From an uncultured bacterium (GTDB taxonomy: Bacteria; Abyssobacteria; SURF-5), in NCBI GenBank assembly GCA_964607485.1, contig CAZSKP010000001.1, positions 1 to 64,000 of the forward strand: 64,000 bases of DNA, in the 5' to 3' direction. Below the pieces are notes generated by a model. The model ran no database searches. It had not been told where the DNA came from and worked only from the letters and a program-made list of their open reading frames with translations. Below, one piece after another: positions 48,012-58,603 of the stretch. Each line of letters starts with the position of its first letter. Positions within the stretch are counted from its first letter, which is position 1. Made by a program: the position numbers and the translations under genes.

Positions 48012-49739
48012 TCAGACGCCTCGCTCGACATAGTGGGTGTGAAGCAGTTTATGCGACGTTTCGCCCAGGGGCTCCTCAAGGAATTTTTCATAGAGTTCCT
48101 TGATAGCGGGGTTTTCGTGAGATTGCCGGTACTCTTGTATTCCGCCGTCGTCGTGGTAGAGGGCTTTCGCGCGAAGAACCCGCTTCTCATTGCTGACGGG
48201 CAGCGGCTGCCCGCCGCCGCCGACACAGCCTCCGGGACACGCCATCACTTCGATGAAGTGGTAGTCGGCGGTGCCGTTCACCACCTTGTCGAGAATCTTT
48301 TTTGCGTTGGCCAGACCATGAGTCACCGCCACGCGAACCTGCCCCAGTTCGCCTACTTCGATGGCGGCCTCCTTGACTCCATCGAGTCCCCGGACGGGCA
48401 TGATGTCGAGGCTGGGCATGTTCCCGCCGGTGACGACCGCGTACACGGTCCTGAGCGCCGCCTCCATGACGCCGCCCGTGGCTCCGAATATCGTGCCCGC
48501 GCCCGTGTACTGGCCCATGGGCGGGTCGTACGTTTCCTCGGGGAGGTTCACGAAGTCGATTCCCGCCTGCCGTATCATGCGGCCGAGCTCGCGCGTGGTC
48601 AGCACGGCGTCGACGTCGCGGTGGCCGGACGAACACATCTCGGGCCTGGAGGCCTCGTACTTCTTCGCCGTACACGGCATGACGGAGACGACGAAGATGT
48701 CTGCCGGGTCGATGCCGGCGAACCGGGCGTAATAGGTCTTCGCCAGGGCGCCGAACATCTGCTGGGGCGATTTGCACGTGCTCAAGTGAGGCAGAAGCGA
48801 GGGGTAATAGTGTTCGATGAACTTAATCCAGCCGGGACTGCACGAGGTAATCATCGGCAGTTTTCCGCCGGTCCTTGCCCGCTTCAGCAGCTCGTGCCCT
48901 TCCTCTATGATCGTGAGGTCCGCGGCGAAATTGGTGTCGAACACCCTGTCGAACCCCAAACGCCGGAGCGCCGCGATCATCTTGCCGGTCACCAGCGTGC
49001 CCGGCGGCATGTCGAACTCTTCGCCCAGCGTGGCGCGGATGGCGGGCGCCTCCTGGACGACGACGTGCTTGCGCGGGTCCTCGAGGGCGGCCACGACTTT
49101 GTCCACGTCGTCGCGCTCGATGATGGCGCCGGTGGGGCACACGACGGCACACTGGCCGCAGAAGGTGCAGGCCGAATCGGCCAGGTTGGCGCTCATCGCC
49201 GGCACAACTTTCGAATCGAAACCGCGGCCCTCGGGCGTGAGCAGGCTTACGCCCTGAACTTCGGCGCAGACGGTCACGCAGCGCAGGCAGTTGATGCACT
49301 TGGAGGCGTCACGGATGAGCGAGGGCGAAGAGTCGTCGACCCGATGGGTCGTGAAGTCGGTGCGAGGCACTCGGATCGTGCGCACGCCCACCAACTCCGC
49401 AACCGCCTCGAGTTCGCAGTGTCCGTGTTTCTGGCAGATGGTGCAATCCTGCGGGTGGTCGGAGAGCAGGAGCTCGACGACGGCCCGCCGACCCCGGCGT
49501 ACTCGTTCGGAGTTGGTCTTGACCTTCATCCCTTCAGCCACCGGATAGACGCAGCTTGCCACCAGCGTGCGGCTCCTCTCGACTTCCACGACGCACACGC
49601 GACATGCGCCGGGCGTATGGTTCAGCTCCGGCAGCGCGCAGAGCGTGGGAATGCGGATACCCACCTCCCGTGCCGCCTCCAAGATGGTCGTGCCTTCGGG
49701 AACCTGCACCTCTCGATTGTCGATTGTCAAGGTAACCAT
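48012..49739 (-). CDS. hydA: Group A [FeFe]-hydrogenase catalytic subunit (HydA/HndD type)
   Basis: N-terminal 2Fe-2S, His-ligated and 2x[4Fe-4S] motifs; H-cluster motifs TSCSPGW, MPCTAKKYE and EVMACPGGCVGGGGQP. Confidence 0.96.
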   Translation of the reverse strand: MVTLTIDNREVQVPEGTTILEAAREVGIRIPTLCALPELNHTPGACRVCVVEVERSRTLVASCVYPVAEGMKVKTNSERVRRGRRAVVELLLSDHPQDCTICQKHGHCELEAVAELVGVRTIRVPRTDFTTHRVDDSSPSLIRDASKCINCLRCVTVCAEVQGVSLLTPEGRGFDSKVVPAMSANLADSACTFCGQCAVVCPTGAIIERDDVDKVVAALEDPRKHVVVQEAPAIRATLGEEFDMPPGTLVTGKMIAALRRLGFDRVFDTNFAADLTIIEEGHELLKRARTGGKLPMITSCSPGWIKFIEHYYPSLLPHLSTCKSPQQMFGALAKTYYARFAGIDPADIFVVSVMPCTAKKYEASRPEMCSSGHRDVDAVLTTRELGRMIRQAGIDFVNLPEETYDPPMGQYTGAGTIFGATGGVMEAALRTVYAVVTGGNMPSLDIMPVRGLDGVKEAAIEVGELGQVRVAVTHGLANAKKILDKVVNGTADYHFIEVMACPGGCVGGGGQPLPVSNEKRVLRAKALYHDDGGIQEYRQSHENPAIKELYEKFLEEPLGETSHKLLHTHYVERGV

Positions 49740-49773
49740 GCTGCTTCTCCTTCATCGAGATGGAATTCCGATT

Positions 49774-52700
49774 TCATTCGACCTTTGCGTCACAGCGCAT
49801 GCACCGACGCGCTTCGGCCAGTGCGGTTTGTCGAGTGTAGCCAAGCTCCACTTCCCGAAAATCTTTTCGCCGCTCGGATGCGGCTGTTTCAGGCATCGGG
49901 GCCTGCGGCTGTTCCACGGGCTCCTCGTCAACTTCGAAAGGAATGTCGATGGTGTCATCGGCTGGAGACACCCACGGTTTCTCTCCGTTTTCCGCTCGGA
50001 TAGCGGCGTCGATCTGCCGGGCCGCATCCTGGCCCGCCCTGATCGCGTCGATGACCATCGCGGGGCCGGTGACCGCGTCGCCTCCGGCCCAGACCTTGGC
50101 ATTGGCGGTCCGCTGTCCGCTCTGGACCTTTATGGCGGACCGAGTCGTCTCCACGCCGCTATGATCCTGCAGGAAATTCAGGTCCGCCATTTGGCCGATG
50201 GCGGCGATGACGGTGTCCACCTGTGTGGTGAACTCCGAGCCGGGTATCGGTTCGGGCCGCCTGCGCCCGCTGCGGTCGAACTGGCCGAGCTTCATCCGGG
50301 TGAGTTCGAGGCCCGACACCTTCCCGTTTCCGGTTATCACTTTTGAAGGCGCCACGAGGAGTTCGATCTTTACTCCCTCCTCCTCTGCGGCGCGAATCTC
50401 CGCTTCCTCGGCGGGCATGTCGTTCCGCTGGCGGCGGTAGTAGATGGTCACCTCTTCGGCGCCCATCCGAACGGCGGTTCGGGCGGAGTCGATGGCGGAG
50501 TTGCCGCCGCCGATGACGGCGACGCGCTTGCCGATATTGATCTCCTGGTCCAAGTTGTGGGACCTGAGCATCTCAACCGCCCCGAACACGCCCTCGGCCT
50601 CCTCACCGGGAACGTTCAGCGCATAGCTCTTCTGAGCTCCGACCGCCAGGTAGATAATGTCGAATTCTCTGTCCAGTTCTTCGAAACTCACATCGCGTCC
50701 GACGCGCGTGTTGGTGCGAAGCTCCACGCCGGTGTCGAGGATGTCCTTAATCTCGCGGTCGAGCACCTCACGGGGGAGACGATACATTGGAATCCCCCAT
50801 CGGAGCATGCCGCCCGCCTGAGGCAATTCTTCAAACACGGTCACAGCGTAGCCGCGCCTCTTGAGTTCGAGCGCGGCGGTCAGACCCGATGGGCCAGCGC
50901 CGATGACCGCCACCCGCTCCTTGCGGGTCACGGGAATAGGCTCGACCTTCGGCTTCATCGCGTTGTCGGCGACGAATCGTTTGATGAACTTGATCGCCAA
51001 TGGCTCGTCGAGCTGTCCGCGGCGGCATTTCGACTGGCACGGATGCCCGCACACGCGGCCGCACACGCTGGGGAACGGATTCGTGCGCGTGAGCACTTGA
51101 TAGGCGTCGTCGATGCGGTCGGCGCGAACGAGCGCGATGTAGGCGGGGATGTCCATCTCCACCGGGCAGGTGTGCTGGCACGAACTCTTGAACAACGCCG
51201 AGCAGACCGCAGCCGGACAATGTTTTTCATGGATGTGCGCCTCGTATTCGTCGCGGAAATAGCGGATGGTGCTGAGCACGGGGTTGGGCGCGGTTTGGCC
51301 GAGGCCGCAGAGCGCCGTATCCTTGATGCTCTGAGCCAGGTCCTGGAGGAGCTCTATGTCTCCCTCGCGTCCCTGGCCGTTGCATATTCTCTGGAGGATC
51401 TCCAGCATCCTCTTTGTTCCCACGCGACACGGCGTGCATTTGCCGCACGACTCGTCCTGGCAGAAGTCCATGAAGTAGCGGGCCATGTCCACCATGCAGT
51501 TGTCTTCGTCCATCACGATCATGCCGCCGGAGCCCATAATGGCGCCCGCCTTGGCGATGGCCTCGTAGTCGGTAGGAGTGTTCAGGTGTTCGGCGGGTAT
51601 GCATCCTCCCGATGGGCCGCCAAGCTGGGCCGCCTTGAACTTCTTTCCTCCGGGGATGCCGCCGCCGATGTCGAAGATAATCTCTCCGATGGAGGTGCCC
51701 ATGGGCACTTCCACGAGGCCGGTATTGTACACCTTACCCGTGAGCGAGAATATCTTTGTGCCCTTGGATGACTCGGTCCCGATTTTCTCGTACTCTTCTC
51801 CGCCCTCAAGGATGATGTGAGGAGTATTGGAGAACGTCTCGACGTTGTTGAGAATGGTGGGCTTCTTCCACAGTCCGGAGACAGCCGGAAACGGCGGCCG
51901 GGGCCGGGGCATGCCGCGGCGACCCTCGATGGAGGTCATCAGAGCCGTCTCCTCGCCGCAGACGAATGCGCCCGCGCCCTGGTACACTTCCACGTCGAAA
52001 TGGAACCCGGAGCCGAGGATGTCTCTGCCCAGCAGGCCGTGCTCTCTGGCCTGGCCGATGGCTGTATTGAGCCTTTGCACTGCCAAGGGGTACTCGGCAC
52101 GACAGTAGATGTATCCCTTGTGTGAGTTGATCGCCTTTGCGGCTATGATCATGCCCTCTAGCACGGAATGCGGGTTGCCTTCCATGACGCTGCGGTCCAT
52201 GAACGCACCCGGGTCACCCTCATCCGCGTTGCAGAGAACATACTTGACGTTTTCCTTTGAGTGAGCGCAGAACTCCCACTTGAGTCCCGTGGGGAATCCC
52301 GCGCCGCCCCGGCCGCGCAGCCCGGAGACCTTCACCTCGGCGATGATTTCGGCCCATGTCATGCTGAGCAGCGCCTTGGCCGCCGCGCGGTAGCCGTCTC
52401 GCCAGATGTAGTCTTCGATCTTCTCGGGATCGATCAATCCCTTGTTTCGAAGGACCCAGAGCCGTTGGTTTGCGAAGAAAGGGATCTCATCTATATAGGG
52501 GATCACCTTGCCGGAAACCGGGTCGGAGTAAAGCAATCGTTCCACCGGTCGCCCATTCAGAAAATGTTCTTCCACTAACTCTGGTATGTCAGCCGGTGTC
52601 AGCTTCTGATAGAAAATCCTCTCCGGCAGGACAGTCATCACCGGACCGGCACTGCACAGGCCGATGCAGCCGGTCGCGACTATCCGGACTTCTTGCGCAA

Positions 52701-52872
52701 TCCCGCGCTTTTCAACTTCATTGGCCAAGACGCTCGAAACGGGCTTGCCCCCACAGGCAATACAGCCCGTGTCGCCACACAGCATGGCGTGTATGCGAAA
52801 TCTTGCCCTTTCCTTCGCTACCCGTTCGCGAATTGCTTCTAAATCGGCTGCTTTGAGCTTTTCTTGAGCCAT
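49774..52872 (-). CDS. NuoF/HydB-like diaphorase fused to a GltD/NfnB-like FAD-dependent oxidoreductase
   Basis: Trx-like 2Fe-2S domain, GRGGAGFPTG, NADEGDPGAFMD, GGPSGG, ESCGKCTPCRVG; then CQHTCP, CGRVCGHPCQSKC, GAGPSG, GGGNSA..YRR. Confidence 0.92.
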   Translation of the reverse strand: MAQEKLKAADLEAIRERVAKERARFRIHAMLCGDTGCIACGGKPVSSVLANEVEKRGIAQEVRIVATGCIGLCSAGPVMTVLPERIFYQKLTPADIPELVEEHFLNGRPVERLLYSDPVSGKVIPYIDEIPFFANQRLWVLRNKGLIDPEKIEDYIWRDGYRAAAKALLSMTWAEIIAEVKVSGLRGRGGAGFPTGLKWEFCAHSKENVKYVLCNADEGDPGAFMDRSVMEGNPHSVLEGMIIAAKAINSHKGYIYCRAEYPLAVQRLNTAIGQAREHGLLGRDILGSGFHFDVEVYQGAGAFVCGEETALMTSIEGRRGMPRPRPPFPAVSGLWKKPTILNNVETFSNTPHIILEGGEEYEKIGTESSKGTKIFSLTGKVYNTGLVEVPMGTSIGEIIFDIGGGIPGGKKFKAAQLGGPSGGCIPAEHLNTPTDYEAIAKAGAIMGSGGMIVMDEDNCMVDMARYFMDFCQDESCGKCTPCRVGTKRMLEILQRICNGQGREGDIELLQDLAQSIKDTALCGLGQTAPNPVLSTIRYFRDEYEAHIHEKHCPAAVCSALFKSSCQHTCPVEMDIPAYIALVRADRIDDAYQVLTRTNPFPSVCGRVCGHPCQSKCRRGQLDEPLAIKFIKRFVADNAMKPKVEPIPVTRKERVAVIGAGPSGLTAALELKRRGYAVTVFEELPQAGGMLRWGIPMYRLPREVLDREIKDILDTGVELRTNTRVGRDVSFEELDREFDIIYLAVGAQKSYALNVPGEEAEGVFGAVEMLRSHNLDQEINIGKRVAVIGGGNSAIDSARTAVRMGAEEVTIYYRRQRNDMPAEEAEIRAAEEEGVKIELLVAPSKVITGNGKVSGLELTRMKLGQFDRSGRRRPEPIPGSEFTTQVDTVIAAIGQMADLNFLQDHSGVETTRSAIKVQSGQRTANAKVWAGGDAVTGPAMVIDAIRAGQDAARQIDAAIRAENGEKPWVSPADDTIDIPFEVDEEPVEQPQAPMPETAASERRKDFREVELGYTRQTALAEARRCMRCDAKVE

Positions 52873-52877
52873 GACTT

Positions 52878-53408
52878 CTACTCCTTTGGGTTCGGAGAGC
52901 TGTCTCGATATTCCTTCAATATACTGTCGAGCTTGGCCACCTTCACCTGCCTATGGGTATGCCCATCGACGACCATTACGGGTGAGAGCCCGCACGCTCC
53001 GACGCAGCGAACCGTGTCGAGGCTGAAATTTCTGTCCTCCGTGCACTCGCCGGGCTCGATTCCCAATTTATGCTCGAGCTCGTCGAGCACTCTGTTGGAA
53101 CCCCGCACGTGACAAGCCGTGCCGAGGCACACGCGCACCTGATGCTTGCCGCGGGGGGTCATCGTGAAGAAGGAGTAGAACGTCACCACTCCGTACACCT
53201 GGCTCAGAGGCAACGAGAGCCCCTTCGCGACCCGACGCTGGACCGATTCCGGCAGATACCCGGTAATATTCTGAACTTCCTCCAGCACCGGAATCAGGGC
53301 GCCGGGCTTGTCGCGGTGACTCGCTATCACCTCATCGACCTTCCTCCACTGTTCCTCAGTGAATTCGTTTTCGGACTTCTTCTCATTGCACACGCATCGA
53401 AGGCTCAT
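52878..53408 (-). CDS. NuoE/HydC-like 2Fe-2S subunit
   Basis: VYGVVTFYSFF, CLGTACHVRG, CVGACGLSP; AGGAGA RBS before ATG 53408. Confidence 0.93.
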   Translation of the reverse strand: MSLRCVCNEKKSENEFTEEQWRKVDEVIASHRDKPGALIPVLEEVQNITGYLPESVQRRVAKGLSLPLSQVYGVVTFYSFFTMTPRGKHQVRVCLGTACHVRGSNRVLDELEHKLGIEPGECTEDRNFSLDTVRCVGACGLSPVMVVDGHTHRQVKVAKLDSILKEYRDSSPNPKE

Positions 53409-53531
53409 ATCGTTTCTCCTTGTGTCAGCGACGGGAAAAGCGCTGCATCGCCCCTTCAAGGAATGCGCTCAATTCGCGCCGGACATCTTTATCGATAGTC
53501 ACTCAGACCCACTTCTCTCTCTTCCTAACGA

Positions 53532-53546
53532 GCAATAAGCATGCCG
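53532..53546 (-). promoter_or_regulatory. sigma54 promoter for the hydrogenase operon
   Basis: CGGCATGCTTATTGC on the minus strand (GG-N10-GC). Confidence 0.7.
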
Positions 53547-53641
53547 AGCGCAATCGGCGGGCACATGCCCGAAACCTTGCGGATTCAGGCAGGTTCGTGT
53601 GCTCGTCTTGAGCCGACGCGCCCCTGTTTTTGCCCGCTCGG

Positions 53642-53678
53642 TGTCAGGATTTTTTTCGACCTGTAAAGATTTCCGACA
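53642..53678. promoter_or_regulatory. Tandem enhancer-like sites between divergent sigma54 promoters
   Basis: TGTCAGGATTTTTTTCG (53642) and TGTAAAGATTTCCGACA (53662). Confidence 0.7.
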
Positions 53679-53773
53679 GTTTTATCCCGCCATTTCGGCA
53701 TAACATCTGTTCGCCGACGCAAAAAGAACCTCATTTTCTGCGATTGCGCTCCTTTCCCCGGGCATCCTCGTCT

Positions 53774-53788
53774 CGGCACGGAATTTGC
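53774..53788 (+). promoter_or_regulatory. sigma54 promoter for the REC-CBS/acs genes
   Basis: CGGCACGGAATTTGC. Confidence 0.7.
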
Positions 53789-53970
53789 CCGTATTTAAGA
53801 CGGGAGTAGAAGGCTAGCTTTACCATACGACAACCGAGGGCAGGCGAAGGCTTTGTCCGAGTGGATGCGGCGCGAGTTGCTCGAAAGCGAAGGACAGAGC
53901 GCGGGAGCGAGGAGGAAACGAGCGGTGCGCGAAGTAGTGGCTGTTGACGTGTTGGAAAGGAGAATGAATA

Positions 53971-54933
53971 ATGGAGAAGCGCCAAGATATAAATGTCCTT
54001 CTCGTTGACGACGAGGAAAGCTTCCGCACCACCGCCTCGATTCTTTTCAGGAAGCGCAGCATCAATCTGACGGCCGCCGCCAGCGGGAAGCAGGCGATTG
54101 AGGAAATCAAGAAGGGCAAGACCGACGTCGTCGTGCTCGACCTCAAGATGCCGGACATGGACGGCAACGAGGTGCTGCACGCGATAAAGAAGCTCAGCCC
54201 TCGCGTCGAGGTCATCATACTTACCGGTCACGGGACATCGGAGTCGGTTTTCTACGGGCTGCGCGAGGGAGCGTTTGCGTATCTTACCAAGCCGTGCGAT
54301 ATCGACCTCCTCACCGTGAAAATCCGGGAGGCGTTTTTCAGGAAGAAAGGTCTGGCCGAAGTTGACCGCCGCGTAAGAGATGTCATGGTGCCGCTCTCCT
54401 CGTTCAGTTCGGTGGGGGAAGACTGGACCGTGGCCGAAGCGATCGTCGTGATCCTCGGACAGAAGACCATCGTTGCCGACACGGTGGATGAGGAACCTGT
54501 CGAAGTCGTCATAGGAAACAGGACCGTCATCACTACCACGGTCGATGAAGGCGTGCACCGGTGTGTGCTCGTCCGCGACACGGACGACCAGGTGACCGGC
54601 ATCGTCAGTTTCACGGATTTTCTGCAGGGGCTGGAGTCAACGTACATGCGGCTGCTCGTTGAGAAGCCCGAGACGGTCAGCGCCAAACTTGGACCTGCCC
54701 AGAGTTATTCGGGCGTGTTCAACAGCATGGTACGCGAACTCGGCACGAAGCGAATTCGCGACCTGATGCTCGACACGCCTCCTACAATTGACGCCGACGC
54801 TTCCCTTCTGGAGGCCACCAACCGGCTCCTGTCCCTTAACGTGCGAAGGCTTCTGGTCATGGAGGGGGATGACATCGTCGGTGTAATCCGCGAAAAGGAC
54901 ATCATGTTTGAGATGGCGAATATAGTGAGGTAA
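53971..54933 (+). CDS. Response regulator with CBS domain pair
   Basis: LLVDDE, VLDLKMPDMDG, LTGHG, KP; then VRDVMVP...GIVSFTD...RRLLVM..GVIREKD. Confidence 0.9.
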   Translation: MEKRQDINVLLVDDEESFRTTASILFRKRSINLTAAASGKQAIEEIKKGKTDVVVLDLKMPDMDGNEVLHAIKKLSPRVEVIILTGHGTSESVFYGLREGAFAYLTKPCDIDLLTVKIREAFFRKKGLAEVDRRVRDVMVPLSSFSSVGEDWTVAEAIVVILGQKTIVADTVDEEPVEVVIGNRTVITTTVDEGVHRCVLVRDTDDQVTGIVSFTDFLQGLESTYMRLLVEKPETVSAKLGPAQSYSGVFNSMVRELGTKRIRDLMLDTPPTIDADASLLEATNRLLSLNVRRLLVMEGDDIVGVIREKDIMFEMANIVR

Positions 54934-55069
54934 CATGCCCGATATGAGCGCGGGCTCTCCAATGAGGGAGACCCGCGTTATAATAGTAGGGTAAGGAAAG
55001 ACTTCTTGATTTGAACGTGAGACTACAAGGAAATCCCGCAATGGCCGATGGTCCATAGGAGAAGGGAGT

Positions 55070-57067
55070 GTGGTTATGCAGAAGGAAAAAGGCATTACCT
55101 CGATGATGGATGAGCAGAGGAAGTTTCCCCCACCCGAGGATTTTCGAAAGAAGGCAAAGATCAAGTCCGTCGAGGAATACGAGGCGCTGTACAAGGAATC
55201 GCTCGAACACCCTGATAGTTTCTGGGGCAGACTGGCCGAGGAACTGGACTGGATCAAGAAGTGGGACCGGGTGTATTACTGGGATCCCAAGAAGGTTGAA
55301 TGCAGATGGTTCGAGGGAGGGAAGCTGAACGTTTCCTACAACTGCCTCGACCGTCATTTGAAGACGCCGATAAGAGACAAGGTCGCGATCATCTGGGAAG
55401 GCGAGCCGATGGGCGAGAGCCGGTCTTACACGTATCAGCAACTCCATCGCGAGGTGTGCCGGTTCGCGAACGTCCTCAAGAAGAAAGGGATCAAGAAGGG
55501 CGACCGCGTCTGCATCTACCTGCCGATGATTCCGGAACTCCCCATCGCAATGCTTGCCTGCGCCCGGATCGGCGCCATCCACAGCGTCGTCTTCGGCGGG
55601 TTCAGCGCGGAATCGCTGCGCGACCGAATCCAGGACAGCGGGGCGAGGATGCTGATTACTGTGAATGCCGGCTACCGGAACGGTCGTGTGATCGATCTCA
55701 AGAAGAACGCCGACGAGGCGGTCGAAAAGTGTCCCGTGGTCGAACACGTCATCTTGGTGCGACGGGTCGAGAAGGATGTGCCGATGAACCCCGAACGGGA
55801 GAGCTGGTGGCACGATGAAATGAGCGCTCCCGACATCAAGGACGAGTGCGAGCCCGAGGCGATGGATGCGGAGGATCCGCTGTTCATCCTGTACACAAGC
55901 GGCAGCACGGGAAAACCCAAAGGGGTGCTCCACACGACCGCCGGCTACCTCGTGTACACCTCGCAGACGTTCAAGTACATCTTCGACTATCGCGACGAAG
56001 ACATCTTCTGGTGCACGGCGGATATCGGATGGGTCACGGGGCACAGCTACATCGTTTACGGCCCGCTGTGCGAGGGCGCGACGAGCCTGATGTATGAAGG
56101 CGTCCCGTTCTATCCGGAGAAGGATCGGTTCTGGGCGATAGTCGAAAAATACAAGGTCAACATCTTCTACACCGCCCCCACCGCCATCCGCGCAATCGCA
56201 CGAGAGGGCGACGAGTGGCCGAAAAAGCACGACCTCTCCAGCCTTCGACTGCTCGGCACGGTCGGCGAACCGATCAACCCGGAGGCGTGGATGTGGTATT
56301 ACACTAACATCGGCAAGGAGGAGTGTCCCATCGTGGACACGTGGTGGCAGACCGAAACCGGCGGCATCCTCATCACGCCGCTTCCGGGGGCGTTCACCCT
56401 CAAGCCTGCCTCCGCGAACAAGCCGTTCTTCGGCGTGGAACCGGCCGTCATTCGCGAGGACGGTTCCGAGGCGCGGCCCAACGAAGGCGGGTACCTGGTA
56501 ATCAAGAGGCCCTGGCCGGGCATGATGCGCACGGTCTATGGCGACCCCAAGCGGTTCAAGGAAACCTACTTCACCCTGTACCCGGGAATCTATTTCACCG
56601 GCGACGGCGCGAGGAAGGACGAAGACGGCGACTACTGGCTGATGGGACGCATCGACGACGTTATCAACGTCTCCGGACACCGGCTCGGAACCGCTGAAAT
56701 CGAGAGCGCGCTCGTGGCGGACCCCGCGGTTTCCGAGGCGGCGGTTGTGCCGATTCCGCATGAAATCAAGGGTCAGGGCATATACGCCTTCGTCATCCTG
56801 AAGGCGGGTGTGGAGCCTTCCGAGGAAATGAAGAAGAAGCTCATCGCCCACGTAAGAAAAGAGATCGGGCCCATCGCGACGCCCGATGAAATGCAATTCG
56901 CCGACGCCCTCCCCAAGACGAGGAGCGGCAAGATCATGAGGAGAATCCTCCGGAAGATTGCGGAAGGAAGCGAGCAGCTTGGCGACACCACGACCCTGGC
57001 AGACACCGGCGTGGTCGAGAGCCTGCTTCAAGGAAAGAAAGAAGCCGGCTCGACGGCCGAGAAATGA
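55070..57067 (+). CDS. acs: Acetate--CoA ligase (AMP-forming acetyl-CoA synthetase)
   Basis: [40 protein letters not shown]. Confidence 0.97.
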   Translation: MVMQKEKGITSMMDEQRKFPPPEDFRKKAKIKSVEEYEALYKESLEHPDSFWGRLAEELDWIKKWDRVYYWDPKKVECRWFEGGKLNVSYNCLDRHLKTPIRDKVAIIWEGEPMGESRSYTYQQLHREVCRFANVLKKKGIKKGDRVCIYLPMIPELPIAMLACARIGAIHSVVFGGFSAESLRDRIQDSGARMLITVNAGYRNGRVIDLKKNADEAVEKCPVVEHVILVRRVEKDVPMNPERESWWHDEMSAPDIKDECEPEAMDAEDPLFILYTSGSTGKPKGVLHTTAGYLVYTSQTFKYIFDYRDEDIFWCTADIGWVTGHSYIVYGPLCEGATSLMYEGVPFYPEKDRFWAIVEKYKVNIFYTAPTAIRAIAREGDEWPKKHDLSSLRLLGTVGEPINPEAWMWYYTNIGKEECPIVDTWWQTETGGILITPLPGAFTLKPASANKPFFGVEPAVIREDGSEARPNEGGYLVIKRPWPGMMRTVYGDPKRFKETYFTLYPGIYFTGDGARKDEDGDYWLMGRIDDVINVSGHRLGTAEIESALVADPAVSEAAVVPIPHEIKGQGIYAFVILKAGVEPSEEMKKKLIAHVRKEIGPIATPDEMQFADALPKTRSGKIMRRILRKIAEGSEQLGDTTTLADTGVVESLLQGKKEAGSTAEK

Positions 57068-57193
57068 TGCGGGTCCGGGGGACGGGCGGCGTCAGGCTCG
57101 TCGATTTTTCGCGGTCCACGGACCCGACACCTCATGAGCCTTCGGTGGCACACCACCCCTGCCGCCCTTCTCTCTCGCGAGCCCAGAGGGCGA

Positions 57194-57234
57194 GGGTCTG
57201 CGGGAGCATGCCCCCCATACGCTCCCGCAGGCCC
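57194..57234 (+). other. Strong intergenic hairpin between acs and the MFS gene
   Basis: GGGTCTGCGGGAGC-N13-GCTCCCGCAGGCCC, 14-bp stem, no U-tract. Confidence 0.6.
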
Positions 57235-57295
57235 GATGCTCGCCGCCTTCCGTTCGCACACTGCCGCGGCGCCATCTGCCCGCGAGGAGGCAATC

Positions 57296-58537
57296 ATGGA
57301 GAAAGATACGAGCATCAGCGGTTGGACCGTCGCACTGAGTGGGACCGGCATCAATCTCGCTCTTGGAGTACTCTACACCTGGAGCGTCATTTCCAAGGCG
57401 ATTCCGGACGAATGGGGATGGAATGAGGCACAGCGCGCGCTTCCGTATTCGGTCGCATGCATAGTTTTTGCGCTCGTCATGGTGGCCGCGGGTCGGATGC
57501 AGGACAAGATCGGCCCGCGCATCGTCGCAACGCTGGGCGGAGTGCTCACGGGCGCGGGCTTCATCGTAGCAAGCGCAACCGCTTCGCTTGCGCTGTTCGT
57601 TCTCGGGTTTGGCGTGCTCGCCGGAGCCGGAATCGGGTTCGGCTATGCTTCGGCCACGCCGCCCGCGGTGAAGTGGTTTCCCCCGGAGCGGACGGGCCTG
57701 ATCGCCGGCGTCGTCGTGGCGGGCTTCGGGCTCGCCTCGGTGTATGCGGCCCCGCTCGCAAAGTACTTGATAGGGGCCAGCGGCCTTCAGTCTGCGATGA
57801 GGATATTCGGGATAGCGTTCCTGATTGTCGTGGTCATCCTGGCACAATTCCTCCGCAATCCGCCGGAGGGAGTCAAGCGGGCCACTGTCGGGCACGCGAA
57901 GCCCCGGAGGAATGCTCCGATTTTCTCGAAGCATGAGAGCGATTGGCTCGAGATGGTGCGCACTCCTCAGTTCTACCTGCTCTGGCTCATGTACGCCTGC
58001 GGGGCGGGCGCCGGCCTGATGATTATCGGCAAGCTGGCGAAGATCGTGGAGCTGCAGAGCGGCTCGAAGGCGGGCTTCATTCTGGTCGCGCTGCTGGCCA
58101 TCGGAAACGCCGGTGGCCGGGTCATCGCCGGGGTGCTGTCTGACAGGATAGGTCGCACGAGCACGATGTTCCTGGTGTTCTCGGTGCAGGCCGTGCTCAT
58201 GTTCACGCTCCGACTGCAGAGCCAGCTCGCTCTGCTGGTCGTGTACTCGATGCTGATCGGGTTCAATTACGGGGCCTGCTTGTCCCTGTTTCCTTCGGTG
58301 ACGAAGGACTATTTCGGCATAAAGAATTTCGGTGTCAATTACGGGCTCGTGTTTACGGCGTGGGGCGCCGGCGGCCTCATCCTTCCCATCCTTTCCGGAA
58401 GGATATTCGACGCCACGGGCTCGTTCAATCGGGCCTATGTCGTGGCGGGTTTCGTGATGATTCTTGCCGCGGGCCTCACGTTTGTGACGAAGGCGCCCCG
58501 GGAAGAGGCTCCCGTGCAGCTCAAGGCTGCGGCGTGA
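57296..58537 (+). CDS. OFA family (oxalate/formate antiporter-like) MFS transporter
   Basis: LGVLYTWSV, GRMQDKIGPR, KWFPPERTG, DYFGIKNFGVNYG; GAGGAGG RBS. Confidence 0.92.
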   Translation: MEKDTSISGWTVALSGTGINLALGVLYTWSVISKAIPDEWGWNEAQRALPYSVACIVFALVMVAAGRMQDKIGPRIVATLGGVLTGAGFIVASATASLALFVLGFGVLAGAGIGFGYASATPPAVKWFPPERTGLIAGVVVAGFGLASVYAAPLAKYLIGASGLQSAMRIFGIAFLIVVVILAQFLRNPPEGVKRATVGHAKPRRNAPIFSKHESDWLEMVRTPQFYLLWLMYACGAGAGLMIIGKLAKIVELQSGSKAGFILVALLAIGNAGGRVIAGVLSDRIGRTSTMFLVFSVQAVLMFTLRLQSQLALLVVYSMLIGFNYGACLSLFPSVTKDYFGIKNFGVNYGLVFTAWGAGGLILPILSGRIFDATGSFNRAYVVAGFVMILAAGLTFVTKAPREEAPVQLKAAA

Positions 58538-58603
58538 CTTGACACCCGTGGGGCGACTTGGTGTATTCTGAATCGGGAGGTTGATTCTCAACAATCCTGA
58601 GCG

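Noticed and set aside
45333-50003. Long plus-strand ORFs (797 aa and 675 aa)
   Set aside because: Antisense shadows of the kinase, receiver and hydA genes, expected at high GC; no motifs.
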